DNA from: Pristiophorus japonicus
Taxonomy: Eukaryota
Assembly: GCF_044704955.1 (NCBI RefSeq)
Contig: NC_091995.1
Coordinates: 53,444,001-53,508,000 of the forward strand
Direction of reading: 5' to 3'
Length of the DNA stretch: 64,000 nt
Shown: positions 1 through 12,699 of the stretch, one piece after another
How positions within the stretch are numbered: position 1 is the first letter of the stretch
Layout: each line of letters starts with the position of its first letter
Notes under the pieces: model-generated
Database searches by the model: none
Told to the model about the DNA's origin: nothing
What the model saw: the letters and a program-made list of their open reading frames with translations, nothing else
Position numbers and translations under genes: made by a program

Positions 1-3000
1 CCAAAAGTGCACCACTCCTTCAGGACTGCCCCTCCGACAGTGCAGCGCTCCCTCAGTACTGCCCCTCCAACAGTGCAGCACTTCCTCAGTACTGCACCTC
101 CCACAGTGCAGCATCCCCTCAGTCCTGCAACTCCGACAGTGCAGCCTTCCCTCAGTCCTGCAACTCCGACAGTGCAGGGCTCCCTCAGTACTGCCCCTCC
201 AACAATGCGGCGCTCCCTCAGTACTGCACCTCCGACAGTGCGGCGCTCCCTCAGTACTGCCCCTCCGACAGTGCAGCACTCCCTCAGTACTGCCCCTCCG
301 ACACTGTGGCGCTCCCTCAGTACTGCCCCTCCAACAGCGCAGCACTCCCTCACTACTGCCCCTCCGACAGCGCAGCACTCCCTCAGTACTGCCCCTCCGA
401 CACTGCAGCATTCCCTCATTGGTGCCCCTCCGACAGTGCAGCAGTCCCTCAGTACTGCCCCTCTGACAGTGCGGTGTTCCCTCGTACTGCCCCTCCGACA
501 GTGCGGCACTCCCTCAATACTACCTCTCCGACTGTGCAAATCTCTCCAAGTAGTACCCCTCCAACAGTGCAGCGTCCCTCAGTGCTGCCCCTCCGACAGT
601 GAGGCGCTCCCTCAGTACAGTGCCCTCCGACAGCGCAGCGCCCCCTCAGTGCTGCCCCTCCCACAGTGTAGCACTCCTTCAGTACTGCCCCTTCGACAGT
701 GCAGCATTCCCTCACTACTGCGCCTCCTGCAGTGCAGCGCTCCCGCAGTACTGCCCTGCCGACAGTGCAGCGCTCTCTCAGTACTGCGTCTCCTGCAGTG
801 CAGCACTCCCTCAGTATTGCCCATCCAACAATGCGGCGCTCCCTCAGTACTGCACCTCCGACAGTGCGGCGCTCCCTCAGTACTGCACCTCCGACAGTGC
901 GGCGCTCCCTCAGTACTGCCCCTCCGACAGTGCAGCACTCCCTCAGTAATGCCCCTCCGACAGTGCAGCTGTCTCTCAGTACTGCCCCTCCGACAGTGCA
1001 GCGCTCCCTCAGTACTGCCCCTCCTACAGCGCAGCACTCCCTCACTACTGCCCCTCCGACAGTGCAGCGCTCCCTCAGTAATGCCCCTCCGACAGCGCAG
1101 CACTCCCTCAGTACTGCCCCTCCGACACTGGAGCATTCCCTCAGTACTGCCCCTCCAACAGTGTAGCATTCCCTCAGTGGTGCCCCTCCGACAGTGCAGC
1201 GCTCCCTCAGTACTGCCCCTCCGACAGTGCAGCAGTCTCTCAGTACTGCCCCTCCGACAGTGCAGCGCTCCCTCAGTACTGCCCCTCTGACAGCGCAGCA
1301 CTCCCTCAGTACTGCCCCTCCGACACTGCAGCATTCCCGCTGTACTGCCCCTCCGACAGTGCAGCAGTTCCTCAGGACTGGCCTTCCCACAGTGCAGCAC
1401 TCCCTCAGTACTGTCGCTCCAAAAGTGCACCACTCCTTCAGGACTGCCCCTCCGACAGTGCAGCGCTCCCTCAGTACTGCCCCTCCAACAGTGCAGCACT
1501 TCCTCAGTACTGCACCTCCCACAGTGCAGCATCCCCTCAGTCCTGCAACTCCGACAGTGCAGCCTTCCCTCAGTCCTGCAACTCCGACAGTGCAGGGCTC
1601 CCTCAGTACTGCCCCTCCAACAATGCGGCGCTCCCTCAGTACTGCACCTCCGACAGTGCGGCGCTCCCTCAGTACTGCCCCTCCGACAGTGCAGCACTCC
1701 CTCAGTACTGCCCCTCCGACACTGTGGCGCTCCCTCAGTACTGCCCCTCCAACAGCGCAGCACTCCCTCACTACTGCCCCTCCGACAGCGCAGCACTCCC
1801 TCAGTACTGCCCCTCCGACACTGCAGCATTCCCTCATTGGTGCCCCTCCGACAGTGCAGCAGTCCCTCAGTACTGCCCCTCTGACAGTGCGGTGTTCCCT
1901 CGTACTGCCCCTCCGACAGTGCGGCACTCCCTCAATACTACCTCTCCGACTGTGCAAATCTCTCCATGTAGTACCCCTCCAACAGTGCAGCGTCCCTCAG
2001 TGCTGCCCCTCCGACAGTGAGGCGCTCCCTCAGTACAGTGCCCTCCGACAGCGCAGCGCCCCCTCAGTGCTGCCCCTCCCACAGTGTAGCACTCCTTCAG
2101 TACTGCCCCTTCGACAGTGCAGCATTCCCTCACTACTGCGCCTCCTGCAGTGCAGCGCTCCCGCAGTACTGCCCTGCCGACAGTGCAGCGCTCTCTCAGT
2201 ACTGCGTCTCCTGCAGTGCAGCACTCCCTCAGTATTGCCCATCCAACAATGCGGCGCTCCCTCAGTACTGCACCTCCGACAGTGCGGCGCTCCCTCAGTA
2301 CTGCACCTCCGACAGTGCGGCGCTCCCTCAGTACTGCCCCTCCGACAGTGCAGCACTCCCTCAGTAATGCCCCTCCGACAGTGCAGCTGTCTCTCAGTAC
2401 TGCCCCTCCGACAGTGCAGCGCTCCCTCAGTACTGCCCCTCCTACAGCGCAGCACTCCCTCACTACTGCCCCTCCGACAGTGCAGCGCTCCCTCAGTACT
2501 GCCCCTCCGACAGCGCAGCACTCCCTCAGTACTGCCCCTCCGACACTGGAGCATTCCCTCAGTACTGCCCCTCCGACAATGCAGCGCTCCCTCAGTACTG
2601 ACGCTCCAGACAGTGCAGCACTCCCTCAGTACTGCCCCTCCGACAGCGCAGCACTCCCTCACTACTGCCCCTCCGACAGTGCGGCGTTCCCTCAGTACTG
2701 TCGCTCCAAAAGTGTATCACTCCTTCAGGACAGCCCCTCCGACAGTGTAGCACTCCCTCCGTACTGTCCTGCCGACAATGCAGCACTCCTTGAGTGCTGT
2801 CCCTCGCCCAGCGCAGCACTCCCTCATTACTGCCCCTCTGACAGTGCAGCGCTCCTTTCGTGCTGTCCCTCGGCCAGCGCAGCGTTCCCTCAGTACAGCC
2901 CCTCCGACAGTGCAGGGCTCCCTCAGTACTGCCCCTCCGACAGTGCAGATCTCCCTCAGTACTGCCCCTCCAAAAGTGCACCACTCCTTCAAGACTGACC

Positions 3001-6000
3001 CTCCGAGCGTGCAGCACTCCCTCAGCACTGTCCCTTTGACAGTGTGGCACTCCCTCAGTACTGTCCCTCCGACAGTGTGGCACTCCCTCAGTACTGCCCC
3101 TCCGACAGTACGGAGATCCCTCAGTATTGCCCCTCCAACAGTGCAGATCTCCATCAGTACTGTCGCTCCAAAAGTGCACAACTCCTTCAGGACTGCCCCT
3201 CCGACAGTGCAGCACTCCCTCCGTATTGCCCCTCCGACATTGCAGCACTCCCTCCGTACTGTCCCTCCGACAGTGCAGCACTCCTTTAGTGCTGTCCCTC
3301 GGCCAGTGCAGCGTTCCCTCAGTACTGCCCCTCCGACAGTGCAGGGCTCCCTCAGTACTGCCCCTCCGACAGTGCGGCGCTCCCTCAGTACTGCCCCTCC
3401 AACAATGCAGCGCTCCCTCAGTACTGCACCTCCGACAGTGCGGCGCTCCCTCAGTACTGCCCCTCCGACAGTGCGGCGCTCCCTCAGTACTGCACCTCCG
3501 ACAGTGCGGCGCTCCCTCAGTACTGCCCCTCCGACAGTGCAGCACTCCCTCAGTACTGCCCCTCCGACACTGTGGCGCTCCCTCAGTACTGCCCCTCCGA
3601 CAGCGCAGCACTCCCTCAGTACTGCCCCTCCGACAGTGCAGCACTCCTTTAGTGCTGTCCCTCGGCCAGCGCAGCGTTCCCTCAGTACTGCCCCTCCGAC
3701 AGTGCAGCACCCCCTCACTCCTGCAACTCCGACAGTGCAGCGCTCCCTCAGTACTGCCCCTCCGACAGTGCAGCGCTCCCTCAGTACTGCACCTCCCACA
3801 GTGCAGCGCTCCCTCAGTACTGCCCCTCCGACACTGGAGCATTCCCTCAGTGGTGCCCCTCCGACAGCGCAGCACTCCCTCAGTACTGCCCCTCCGACAG
3901 TGCAGCGCTCCCTCAGTACTGCCGCTCCAACAGTGTAGCATTCCCTCAGTGGTGCCCCTCCGACAGCGCAGCACTCCCTCAGTACTGCCCCTCCGACACT
4001 GGAGCATTCCCTCAGTACTGCCCCTCCGACAATGCAGCGCTCCCTCAGTACTGCCCCTCCGACAGCGCAGCACTCCCTCACTACTGCCCCTCCGACAGTG
4101 CGGCGCTCCCTCAGTACTGTCGCTCCAAAAGTGCATCACTCCTTCAGGACGGCCCCTCCGACAGTGTAGCACTCCCTCCGTACTGTCCCGCCGACAATGC
4201 AGCACTCCTTTAGTGCTGTCCCTCGCCCAGCGCAGCACTCCGTCAGTACTGCCCCTCTGACAGTGCAGCGCTCCCTCAGTACTGCTCCTCCGACAGTGCA
4301 GCACTCCCTCAGTACTGCCCCTCCGACAGTGCAGCGCTCCCTCAGTACTGCCCCTCCAACAATGCGGCGCTCCCTCAGTACTGCACCTCCGACGGTGCGG
4401 CGCTCCCTCAGTACTGCCCCTCCGACAGTGCAGCGCTCCCTCAGTACTGCCCCTCCAACAGTGCAGCACTCCCTCAGTACTGCCCCTCCGACACTGTGGC
4501 GCTCCCTCAGTACTGCCCCTCCGACAGCGCAGCACTCCCTCACTACTGCCCCTCCGACAGTGCAGCGCTTCCTCAGTACTGCCCCTCCGACAGCGCAGCA
4601 CTCCCTCACTACTGCCCCTCCGACAGTGCAGCACTTCCTCAGTACTGTCGCTCCAAAAATGCACCACTCCTTCAGGACTGCCCCTCCGACAGTGCAGCGA
4701 TCCCTCCGTACTGTTCTTCCGACAATGTGGCGCTCCCTCAGTACTGCCCCTCCGACAGTGCAGCGCTCCCTCAGTACTGCCCCTCCAACAGTGCAGCACT
4801 CCCTCAGTACTGCCCCTCCGACACTGTGGCGCTCCATCAGTACTGCCCCTCCGACAGCGCAGCACTCCCTCACTACTGCCCCTCCGACAGTGCAGCGCTC
4901 CCTCAGTACTGCCCCTCCGACAGTGCAGCAGTCCCTCAGTACTGCCCCTCTGACAGTGCGGTGTTCCCTCGTACTGCCCCTCCGACAGTGCGGCACTCCC
5001 TCAATACTACCTCTCCGACTGTGCAAATCTCTCCAAGTAGTACCCCTCCAACAGTGCAGTGTCCCTCAGTGCTGCCCCTCCGACAGTGAGGCGTTTCCTC
5101 TGTACAGTGCCCTCCGACAGCGCAGCGCCCCCTCAGTGCTGCCCCTCCCACAGTGTAGCACTCCTTCAGTACTGCAGCTCCGACAGTGCAGCATTCCCTC
5201 ACGACTGCGCCTCCTGCAGTGCAGCGCTCCCTCAGTACTGCCCTGCCGACAGTGCAGCGCTCTCTCAGTACTGCGTCTCCTGCAGTGCAGCACTCCCTCA
5301 GTACTGCCCTGCCGACAGTGCAGCGCTCTCTCAGTACTGTGTCTCCTGCAGTGCAGCACTCCCTCAGTCCTGCCCCTCCCACAGTGCAGCATTCCCTCAG
5401 TACTGCCCCTCCCACAGTGCGGCACTCCCTCAGTCCTGCCCCTCCCACAGTGCAGCATTCCCTCAGTACTGCCCCTCCCACAGTGCAGCACTCCCTCAGT
5501 ACTGCCCCTCCCACAGTGCAGCATTCCCTCAGAACTGCCCCTCCGACAGTGCAGCACTCCCTCAGTACTGCCCCTCCCACAGTGCAGCACTCCCTCAGTA
5601 CTGCCCCTCCCACAGTGCAGCACTCCCTCAGTACTGCCCCTCCGACAGTGCAGCAGTCCCTCAGTACTGTCCCTCCCACAGTGCAGCACTCCCTTAGTAC
5701 TGCCCCTCCCACAGTGCAGCATTCCCTCAGAACTGCCCCTCCGACAGTGCAGCACTCCCTCAGTACTGACCCTCCCACAGTGCAGCACTCCCTCAGCACT
5801 GACCCTCCCACAGTGCAGCACTCCCTCAGCACTGACCCTCCCACAGTGCAGCATTCCCTCAGAACTGCCCCTCCGACAGTGCAGCACTCCCTCAGTACTG
5901 ACCCTCCCACAGTGCAGCAGTCCCTCAGTACTGTCCCTCCCACAGTGCAGCACTCCCTTAGTACTGCCCCTCCCACAGTGCAGCATTCCCTCAGAACTGC

Positions 6001-6265
6001 CCCTCCGACAGTGCAGCATTCCCTCAGAACTGCCCCTCCGACAGTGCAGCACTCCCTCAGTACTGACCCTCCCACAGTGCAGCAGTCCCTCAGTACTGTC
6101 CCTCCCACAGTGCAGCACTCCCTTAGTACTGCCCCTCCCACAGTGCAGCATTCCCTCAGAACTGCCCCTCCGACAGTGCAGCATTCCCTCAGAACTGCCC
6201 CTCCCACAGTGCAGCACTCCCTCAGAACTGCCCCTCCCACAGTGCAGCACTCCCTCTGTACTGCC
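1..6265 (-). repeat. 33-bp minisatellite array (unit cagtactgcccctccgacagtgcagcactccct), runs off window start
   Basis: Direct tandem repetition. The 33-nt unit is a multiple of 3, giving repetitive open frames on both strands. Opposite orientation to the arrays at 38-44 kb and 61 kb. Confidence 0.97.
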
Positions 6266-6480
6266 ACTTCCTCAATATCTTTCCCTGTGTCTTCGATCCC
6301 GATCCAATCTCTGCTTCCTGATCCCAACGTTTCCACAGCCCTTGTGCCGAAATTATTGTGCTGGTGGGAAAATTCCCCGTGTATTTGAGCCGGTTGTGTA
6401 TCTGACTGTGCGCATTTGAGCAGTTTGACAGAGCTCTCATATTTCTCAATAACTGAACTCTTGTCTTTTCATTTCTTCAG

Positions 6481-6510
6481 GAGATGAGAAGAATTACAGT
6501 CCAACACCAA
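6481..6510 (+). CDS. 30-nt internal exon, probable MHC class I-like cytoplasmic-tail exon (xDEKNYSPTP)
   Basis: Strong polypyrimidine acceptor (ttgtcttttcatttcttcag) and consensus donor gtaagt. Phase 1/1. Joins in frame to exon 9718-9797, and the Y-S-P-T motif resembles class I tail exons. Confidence 0.7.
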
Positions 6511-6624
6511 GTAAGTAAATGCGAATGTGGAGCCGAAATACATGGACTAACTGGAGCTCAAAATGGGCCACTGGGAATGATCACATCGGCAATCCAGGGG
6601 TCATCATCCTGTGTACAGAATCTG

Positions 6625-8220
6625 GGGCGAAGGATGGGCGAGTGGAGGGAAGTGAGGGGGAGGGGAGCGAGGGGGAGGGGATGGTTCAGAGGCGGAAGGG
6701 AGGACGAGGGGATAGAGGCAGAGGGGGAGGGGAGGAGACAGAGAGGGAGAGGAGAGGGAGGGGATGGAGGTGGAGGGGAGCGAGGTGGCCGGGTGGGGAT
6801 GGATGGGGAGGGGAGGGGCCAGAGGGGGAAGGGAGTGGGAGGAGACAGAGGGGGAGTGGAGCAACGGGAATGGGAGCGGAGGGGAAGGGAATGAGGGGTA
6901 GAGGAGGGGAGGGGGGAGAGGTGGGGTGAGAGGGAGAGGGGAGGGAATGGAGGGGGCGAATGGGAGGGGAGCGAGGAGGAGGGGAGGAGACAGAGGTGGA
7001 AGGAGCGAAGTGGAGGGGACAGAGGGGGAGGGGAGGGGACAGAGGGGGAGGGGAGGGGACAGGGTGGAGGGGAGGGGATGGAAGGGGTGCGAGGGGGAGG
7101 AGAGGAATCGGGATGGAAGGGAGGAGCAGATGGGTTACAGGGGGAGGGGAGGGGAGCGAGGGGGCAGGGAGGGGATGAAGGGCGAAGGCAGCGAGGGAGG
7201 GGGAGGAGAGTGAGGGGTCGGTGAGGGGATGGAGGGGAGTGAGGGGAAGGGGAGGGGATGGAGGGGGAGGGGAGCGAAGGGGAGGGGATGGAGGGGGAAT
7301 GAAAGGAAGGGTAGGGGACCGGCGGGAGAGAGGGGAGGTGAAAGCAGAGGAGGAAAAGAGGAGGTGAAATGAGGAGAGCAGCAGTGAGGGAAGGGGAGAG
7401 GGGGAAAGATACAATGAGTGTCGGGGCAGGGACTGGAGCATAAAATGAGATTAGGCGGAGGGGAAATGAGGGGAGGGGTGGTGAGAGTAGACGGAGGGGA
7501 AGCGGGGGGCGGGGCCGGAGAGGTGTGAGTGAGGGGAGGGGAGAGGAGGTGAGGGAGAGGGGAGAGGAGGTGAGAGGAGGTGGGGGGGTCAGGGAGGAGA
7601 GAGGAGAGGAGGTGAGCGGAGGGAAGACGAGGGGAGACGAGAGGAGGTAATGGGGAGGGGAAGTGAGAGGGAGGGGAGGGGAGCGGAGGAGAGGGGAGGG
7701 GAGCGTGTGGGGAGGGGAGAGGAGGTGAGAGTGAGAGGTGAGGAGAGGAGATGAGATGAGAGGGAGGGGAGGGGAGGTGAGGTGAGAGGGAGGGGAGAGG
7801 AGAGGAGGTGGGAGGGGAGAGGTAGGGGAGGGGAAAGGAGGTGAGCGGAGGGGAGCTGAAGGAAGAGGAGAGGAGGTAATGGGGAGAGGAAGTGAGGGGA
7901 GAGGAGGGGAGGAGGAGTCGGGGGAAGTGAAGGGAGGTGAGGCGGCAGGGAGGTGAGAGGGGGGAAGTGGAGGGAGGTGAGGGGGCAGGGAGGTGAGATG
8001 AGGGGCGGGAGAAGAGTTAAGGGGAGAGGAGAGGTGAGGGGGGAAAGGGAGACGGGGAGGTGAGAGGAGAGGAGGGCAGTGGAGGGGAAGGGAGGCGTGG
8101 GGAGGGGAGGGGATGGGATTGGAGGGGAGGGGAGAGGAGAGGAGTGGAGGGGAGGAAAGGGAAATGGGGAGGGAGGGGAGGGGAGATGAAAGGGAGGGAG
8201 GGGAAGTGAGAGGAGGGAGC
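6625..8220 (+). repeat. Intronic G/A-rich low-complexity tract
   Basis: Almost exclusively purines on the + strand (ggag/gagg/gtgagg motifs). Confidence 0.9.
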
Positions 8221-8239
8221 AGGCTCCCAACCGTGGATC

Positions 8240-9130
8240 CCGACCCCGCCTACCCCTACTCCTGACCCCCTCCCGAACCCAGCTCCTGACCCCAGCTCCT
8301 GACCCCCTCCCGACCCCAGCTCCTGACCCTCTCCCGACCCCAGCTCCTGACCCCCTCCCCACCCCAGCTCCTGACCCCCTCTCCACCCCAGCTCCTGAGC
8401 CCCTCCCGACCCCAGCTCCTGACCCTGTCCTGATCCCCTCCTGACCATGGATCCTGACCCCCTCCTGACCCCAGCTCCTGATCCCCTCCTGACGCCGTCC
8501 TGATCCCCTCCTGACCCCATCCTGATTCCCTCTTGACCCCGGCTCCTGAGCTCCTCCTGACCCCAGCTCCTGACCCCCTCCCGACCCCGACTCCTGACCC
8601 CCTCCCGACCCCGTCCTGATCCCGACTCCCTACCCCAGCTCCTGACTCCCTACCCCGGCTCCTGACCCCCTCCCGACCCCGGCTCCTGACCCCCTCCCGA
8701 CCCCGGCTCCTGACCCCATCCCAACCACAGCTCCTGACCCCATCCTGACCCCGGCTCCCGACCCCGACTCCTGACCCCAGCTCCTGACCCCCTATCGACC
8801 CCGACTCCCTACCCCAGCTCCTGACCCGCTCCCGATCCCGGCTCCTGACCCCCTCCCGACCCCGGCTCCCGACTGCGGCTGCTGACCTGGACTCCCGACC
8901 CTGGCTCCCGACCCCTGCTCCTGACCCACTTCCCGACCGCGGTTCTTAACCCTGGCTCCTTACACCCTACTGACCCCAGCTGCTGACCCTCTCCTGACCC
9001 ACTCCCGATCCTGGCTCCTGACCCCACATACCCCAGTTCCTGATGCCCTCCTGACCCCGGCTCTGACGCCATCCCGACCGTGGCTCCTGACTGCAGCTCC
9101 TATTCCCCTCCCGAGCCCAGCTCCTGACCC
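8240..9130. repeat. C-rich minisatellite (gaccccagctcct / gaccccctccc, ~24-bp period)
   Basis: Visible degenerate tandem repeat. Confidence 0.9.
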
Positions 9131-9174
9131 TGTCTCAGAAATAACACCCAAGTTCAATTTGGCCAACTTCACCC

Positions 9175-9500
9175 TCGTCACACAATGCTGGTCACATAGC
9201 ACACTGCTGGTCACATGGCACGTCGCTGACCACATGGCACGTCGGTGGTCACATGACTCGCCACTGGTCACATGGCAAAATGAGAAGTCGCTGGTCATTT
9301 GGCACAGCGCTGGTCACATGGCACGTCACTGGTCACATGGCACAGCGCTGGTCACATGGCACGCCGGTGGTCACATGACACAGCACTGGTCACATGGCAC
9401 ATTGGTGGTCACACACACGCCACTGGTCACATGGCACATCAGTGGTCACATGACACAGCGCTGGTCACATGACACACCATTGGTCACATGGCACACCGCT
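9175..9500. repeat. ~20-bp minisatellite with GGTCACATG core
   Basis: About 15 tandem copies of ctggtcacatggcac/ggtcacatgacac. Confidence 0.9.
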
Positions 9501-9717
9501 GGTCTGGTTGATATGAGGAGACAATCACTGAGGACCAATATGAACTGTGGCACATCACTGGTCTCTCCCTCATTATGAGTTAACCCAAACTGAATGACAC
9601 GGCCTTCATTAAATAATGTTCTCTCGGGTGAACATCGCCTTTTAATATCTTGTTACTACAGGTGGATAAAAAGCACACCTGGAACTTCCACTCATCCTGT
9701 CATTTTCTGTTTGTTAG

Positions 9718-9797
9718 GTACTGACAGCAGTCAATCATTGCAGAGTGTGCCCAACCACAACAAGAATGACAAGAGTGTGCAAGAACCATTAGTTTAA
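9718..9797 (+). CDS. Terminal coding exon of upstream MHC class I-like gene ((S)TDSSQSLQSVPNHNKNDKSVQEPLV*)
   Basis: Acceptor cattttctgtttgttag at 9717. Phase 1 matches the 6481-6510 exon. Ser-rich STDSSQS resembles class I cytoplasmic tails. Stop TAA ends at 9797. Confidence 0.65.
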
Positions 9798-10247
9798 TCA
9801 TCGGACCTCTGATCACAGACCCTGCAGGCTACATGTGGGGGGGTTCATTTGAATTATGAGCGATCATGTAAAGTGGACGCTATCGAATTAGCCCGTTATA
9901 CTCTCCACTGCTTTTCTCTTGCATTAACTTCCATCTGTTGTTGGTCTGAATGGGATATAAATCTGTTTGGAGGGACATCTTCTGCTAATGGAGTGACCTC
10001 TACTCTGCTACTGTATAGATGCACAGTTCTAAACCGGATGGGTGATCGTATCCTGCAGGCTCGAAGGGCCGAAAGGCCTACTCCTGCACCTACTTTCTAT
10101 GTTTCTAGTTTCTATTGGGTAGAGAGCATGCAACCTGTCCAATGCTCTGATCCACGAGTGACCCAGTAGATTAGTGATTCTTATTGAGCAATCTCATTGG
10201 CCAATGATGGCCACACAGCCTCTGTATTTGTGCCTCATTGGCTGCAG

Positions 10248-10445
10248 CTGATTAATGCGGGGAGGGGGATTAATGCTGGGAGGGGGGGGGGATTAATGCT
10301 GGGGGGGGATTAATGCTGGGAGTGGGGGGATTAATGCTGGGGAGGGGATTAATGCTGGGGGATGGGGATTAATGCTGGGAGGGGGGGATTAATGCTGGGA
10401 GGAGGGGGATTAATGCTGGGGGGGGGAATTAATGCTGGGGGGGGT
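10248..10445. repeat. Minisatellite ggattaatgctg(g)n
   Basis: About 10 tandem copies separated by G runs. Confidence 0.9.
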
Positions 10446-10583
10446 AGTGTGAGCCTCTATATCCTCAGGGATTTCAGCAAACGCAACATTTATATTTTAT
10501 ACCAATCCTGTACTGTTCCTTTTCTTTACAACTCAGATTTCCGTACTGTTTTACTGCTCCTCGCTGCTTGCTGAAACTGTGAA

Positions 10584-10589
10584 ATTAAA
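10584..10589 (+). terminator. Candidate poly(A) signal ATTAAA for upstream gene
   Basis: Variant hexamer ~790 nt after the stop, just before the LINE cluster. Confidence 0.3.
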
Positions 10590-10644
10590 CCTGGATCCTG
10601 TGTGAGAGTGTCCGATACCTGGCCTCCTAATTCTTCACATTGAT

Positions 10645-12685
10645 CAAGCAAATTTACATAGGTTAAATAATATCAGAGAGCTAAACCCGTGGCTGAAAGA
10701 CTGGTGTGGGAGAAATGGGTTTTGGTACCTGGGACACTGGCGCCAGTACTGGGGTAAGAGGGAGCTGTTCATCGGGACGGGCTCCACTTGGAACGTGCTT
10801 GGGCTAGGGTCCTGGCGAACCGAATAACTCAGGCTGCAGAGAGGGCTTTACGCTAATTAGTGGGGAGGGGTTGGGTTCAGGTGAGCAGAAACCTAAAAGC
10901 TAAAAGAATAAGGAGAAGGCAATAGAGCGGGGTAGCACTGGGGGAAATGAAAACCAGAGCGTGACAGGAAGGGACAGAATGTATAAACATAAGAGTGCAT
11001 CAGAAACTGGGGCCATAGCAGGAGAATTAGTAGTGGGGAACATGGAGATGGCAGAAACTCTGAACAAATATTTTGTATCAGTCTTACGGAAGAGGACACT
11101 AAAAATATGCCAACAGTGGATAGTCAAGGGGCTATAGGGAGGGAGGAACTTAACACAATCACAACCACTAAAGAGGTGGTACTCAGTAAGATAATAGGAC
11201 TAAAGGCAGATAAATACTCTGGACCTGAATTGGAAAACTGCAAATGTAACGCCCCTATTTAAAAAAGTAGGCAGACAAAAAACAGGAAACTATAGATCAG
11301 TTAGCCTAACATCCGTGGTTGGGAAAATGTTGGAGTCCATTATTAAAGGACATTTGGAAAAGCATAATTCAGTCAGGTAGAGTCAGCATGGATTTATGAA
11401 AGGGAAGTCATATTTGACAAATTTGCTGGAATTCTTTGAGGATGTAACGAACAGGGTGGATAAAGGGGAATCAGTGGATGTGGTGTATTTGGACTTCCAG
11501 AAGGCATTTGACAAGGTGCCACATAAAAGGTTACTGCACAAGATAAAGGTTCACGGGGTTGGAGGTAATGTATTAGCATGGATAGAGGATTGGCTAACTA
11601 ACAGAAAACAGAGAGTCGGAATAAATGGTTCATTCTCGGGTTGGCAATCAGTAGCTAGTGGGGTGCCGCAGGGGGTCAGTGCTGGGAACCCAACTATTTA
11701 CAATCTATATTAACGGCATGGATGTTGGGACCGAGTGTAACGTAGCCAAGTTTGCTGACAATACAAAGATGGGAGGAAAAGCAATGTGTGAGGAGGACAC
11801 AAAAAAACCTGCAAAAGGACATAGACAGGCTAAGTGAATGTGCAAAAATTTGGCAGATGGAGTATAATGTTGGAAAGTGTGAAGTTATGCACTTTGGCAG
11901 AAAAAAATCGAAGAGCAAGTTATTATTTAAATGGAGAAAAATTACAAAGTGCTGCAGTGCAGCGAGACCTGGGGCACTTGTGCAGGAAAGACGAAAGGAT
12001 AGTATGCAGGTACAGCAAGTGATCAGGAAGGCCAATGGAATCTTGGCCTTTATTGCAAAGGCGATGGAGGATAAAAGGAGGGAAGTCTTGCTGCAGTTAT
12101 ACAGGGTATTATTGAGGCCACACCTGGAATACTGCGTGCAGTTTTGGTTTCCATATTTAAGAAAGGATATACTTGCTTTGGCGACAGTTCAGTGAAGGTT
12201 CACTCAGTTGATTTTGGGGATGAGGGGGTTGACTGTTGAACAAAGGTTGAGTAGGTTGGGCCTCTACTCATTGGAATTCAGAAGAATGAGTGGTGATCTT
12301 ATCGAAACGTATAAGATTATGAGGGGGCTTGACAAGGTAGATTCAGAGAGGATGTTTCCAATGATGGGTGAGACTAGAACTAGGGGGCAGAATGTTAGAA
12401 TAAGGGGCTGCCCATTTAAAACTGAGATGAGGAGGAATTTCTTCTCTGAGGATTGTAAATCTGTGGAATTCGTTACCTCAGAGAGCTGTGGAAGCTGGGT
12501 CATTGCGTAGATTTAAGACAGAAATAGACAATTTCTTAACCGATAAGGGAATAAGGGGTTATGAGGAGCGGACAGGGAAGTAGACCTGAGTCCATGATTG
12601 GATCAGCCAAGATCGTATTAAATGGCAGAGCAGGCTTGAGGGGCCATATGGACTACTCCTGCTCCTATTTCTTATGTTCTTATTT
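10645..12685 (+). mobile_element. CR1-type LINE, degenerate, internally deleted
   Basis: ORF1 SGNH-esterase C-terminus (ELNPWLKDWCGRNGF...DGLHL) joined near 11020 to ORF2 RT (QHGFMKGKSYLTNLLEFF, YLDFQKAFDKVPH, GVPQG, KFAD). 3' tail ttcttatgttctt. Frameshifts present. Confidence 0.92.
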
Positions 12686-12699
12686 ATCCCATCTTGTCT

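Noticed and set aside
5380-6245. Many CACAGTG RSS heptamers
   Set aside because: No acceptable nonamer at 12 spacing (4/9 match), none evident at 23, and no V/J segments; it is just a unit variant.
1-6265. CRISPR-like 33-bp periodic palindromic repeats
   Set aside because: Units are head-to-tail with no unique spacers, there are no cas genes, and the context is vertebrate.
1-6419. Long ORFs (up to 757 aa) on both strands, mucin- or keratin-associated-like
   Set aside because: Artefact of a stop-poor 33-bp unit open in most frames; no splice or domain evidence. The same applies to ORFs at 38-44 kb and 61 kb.
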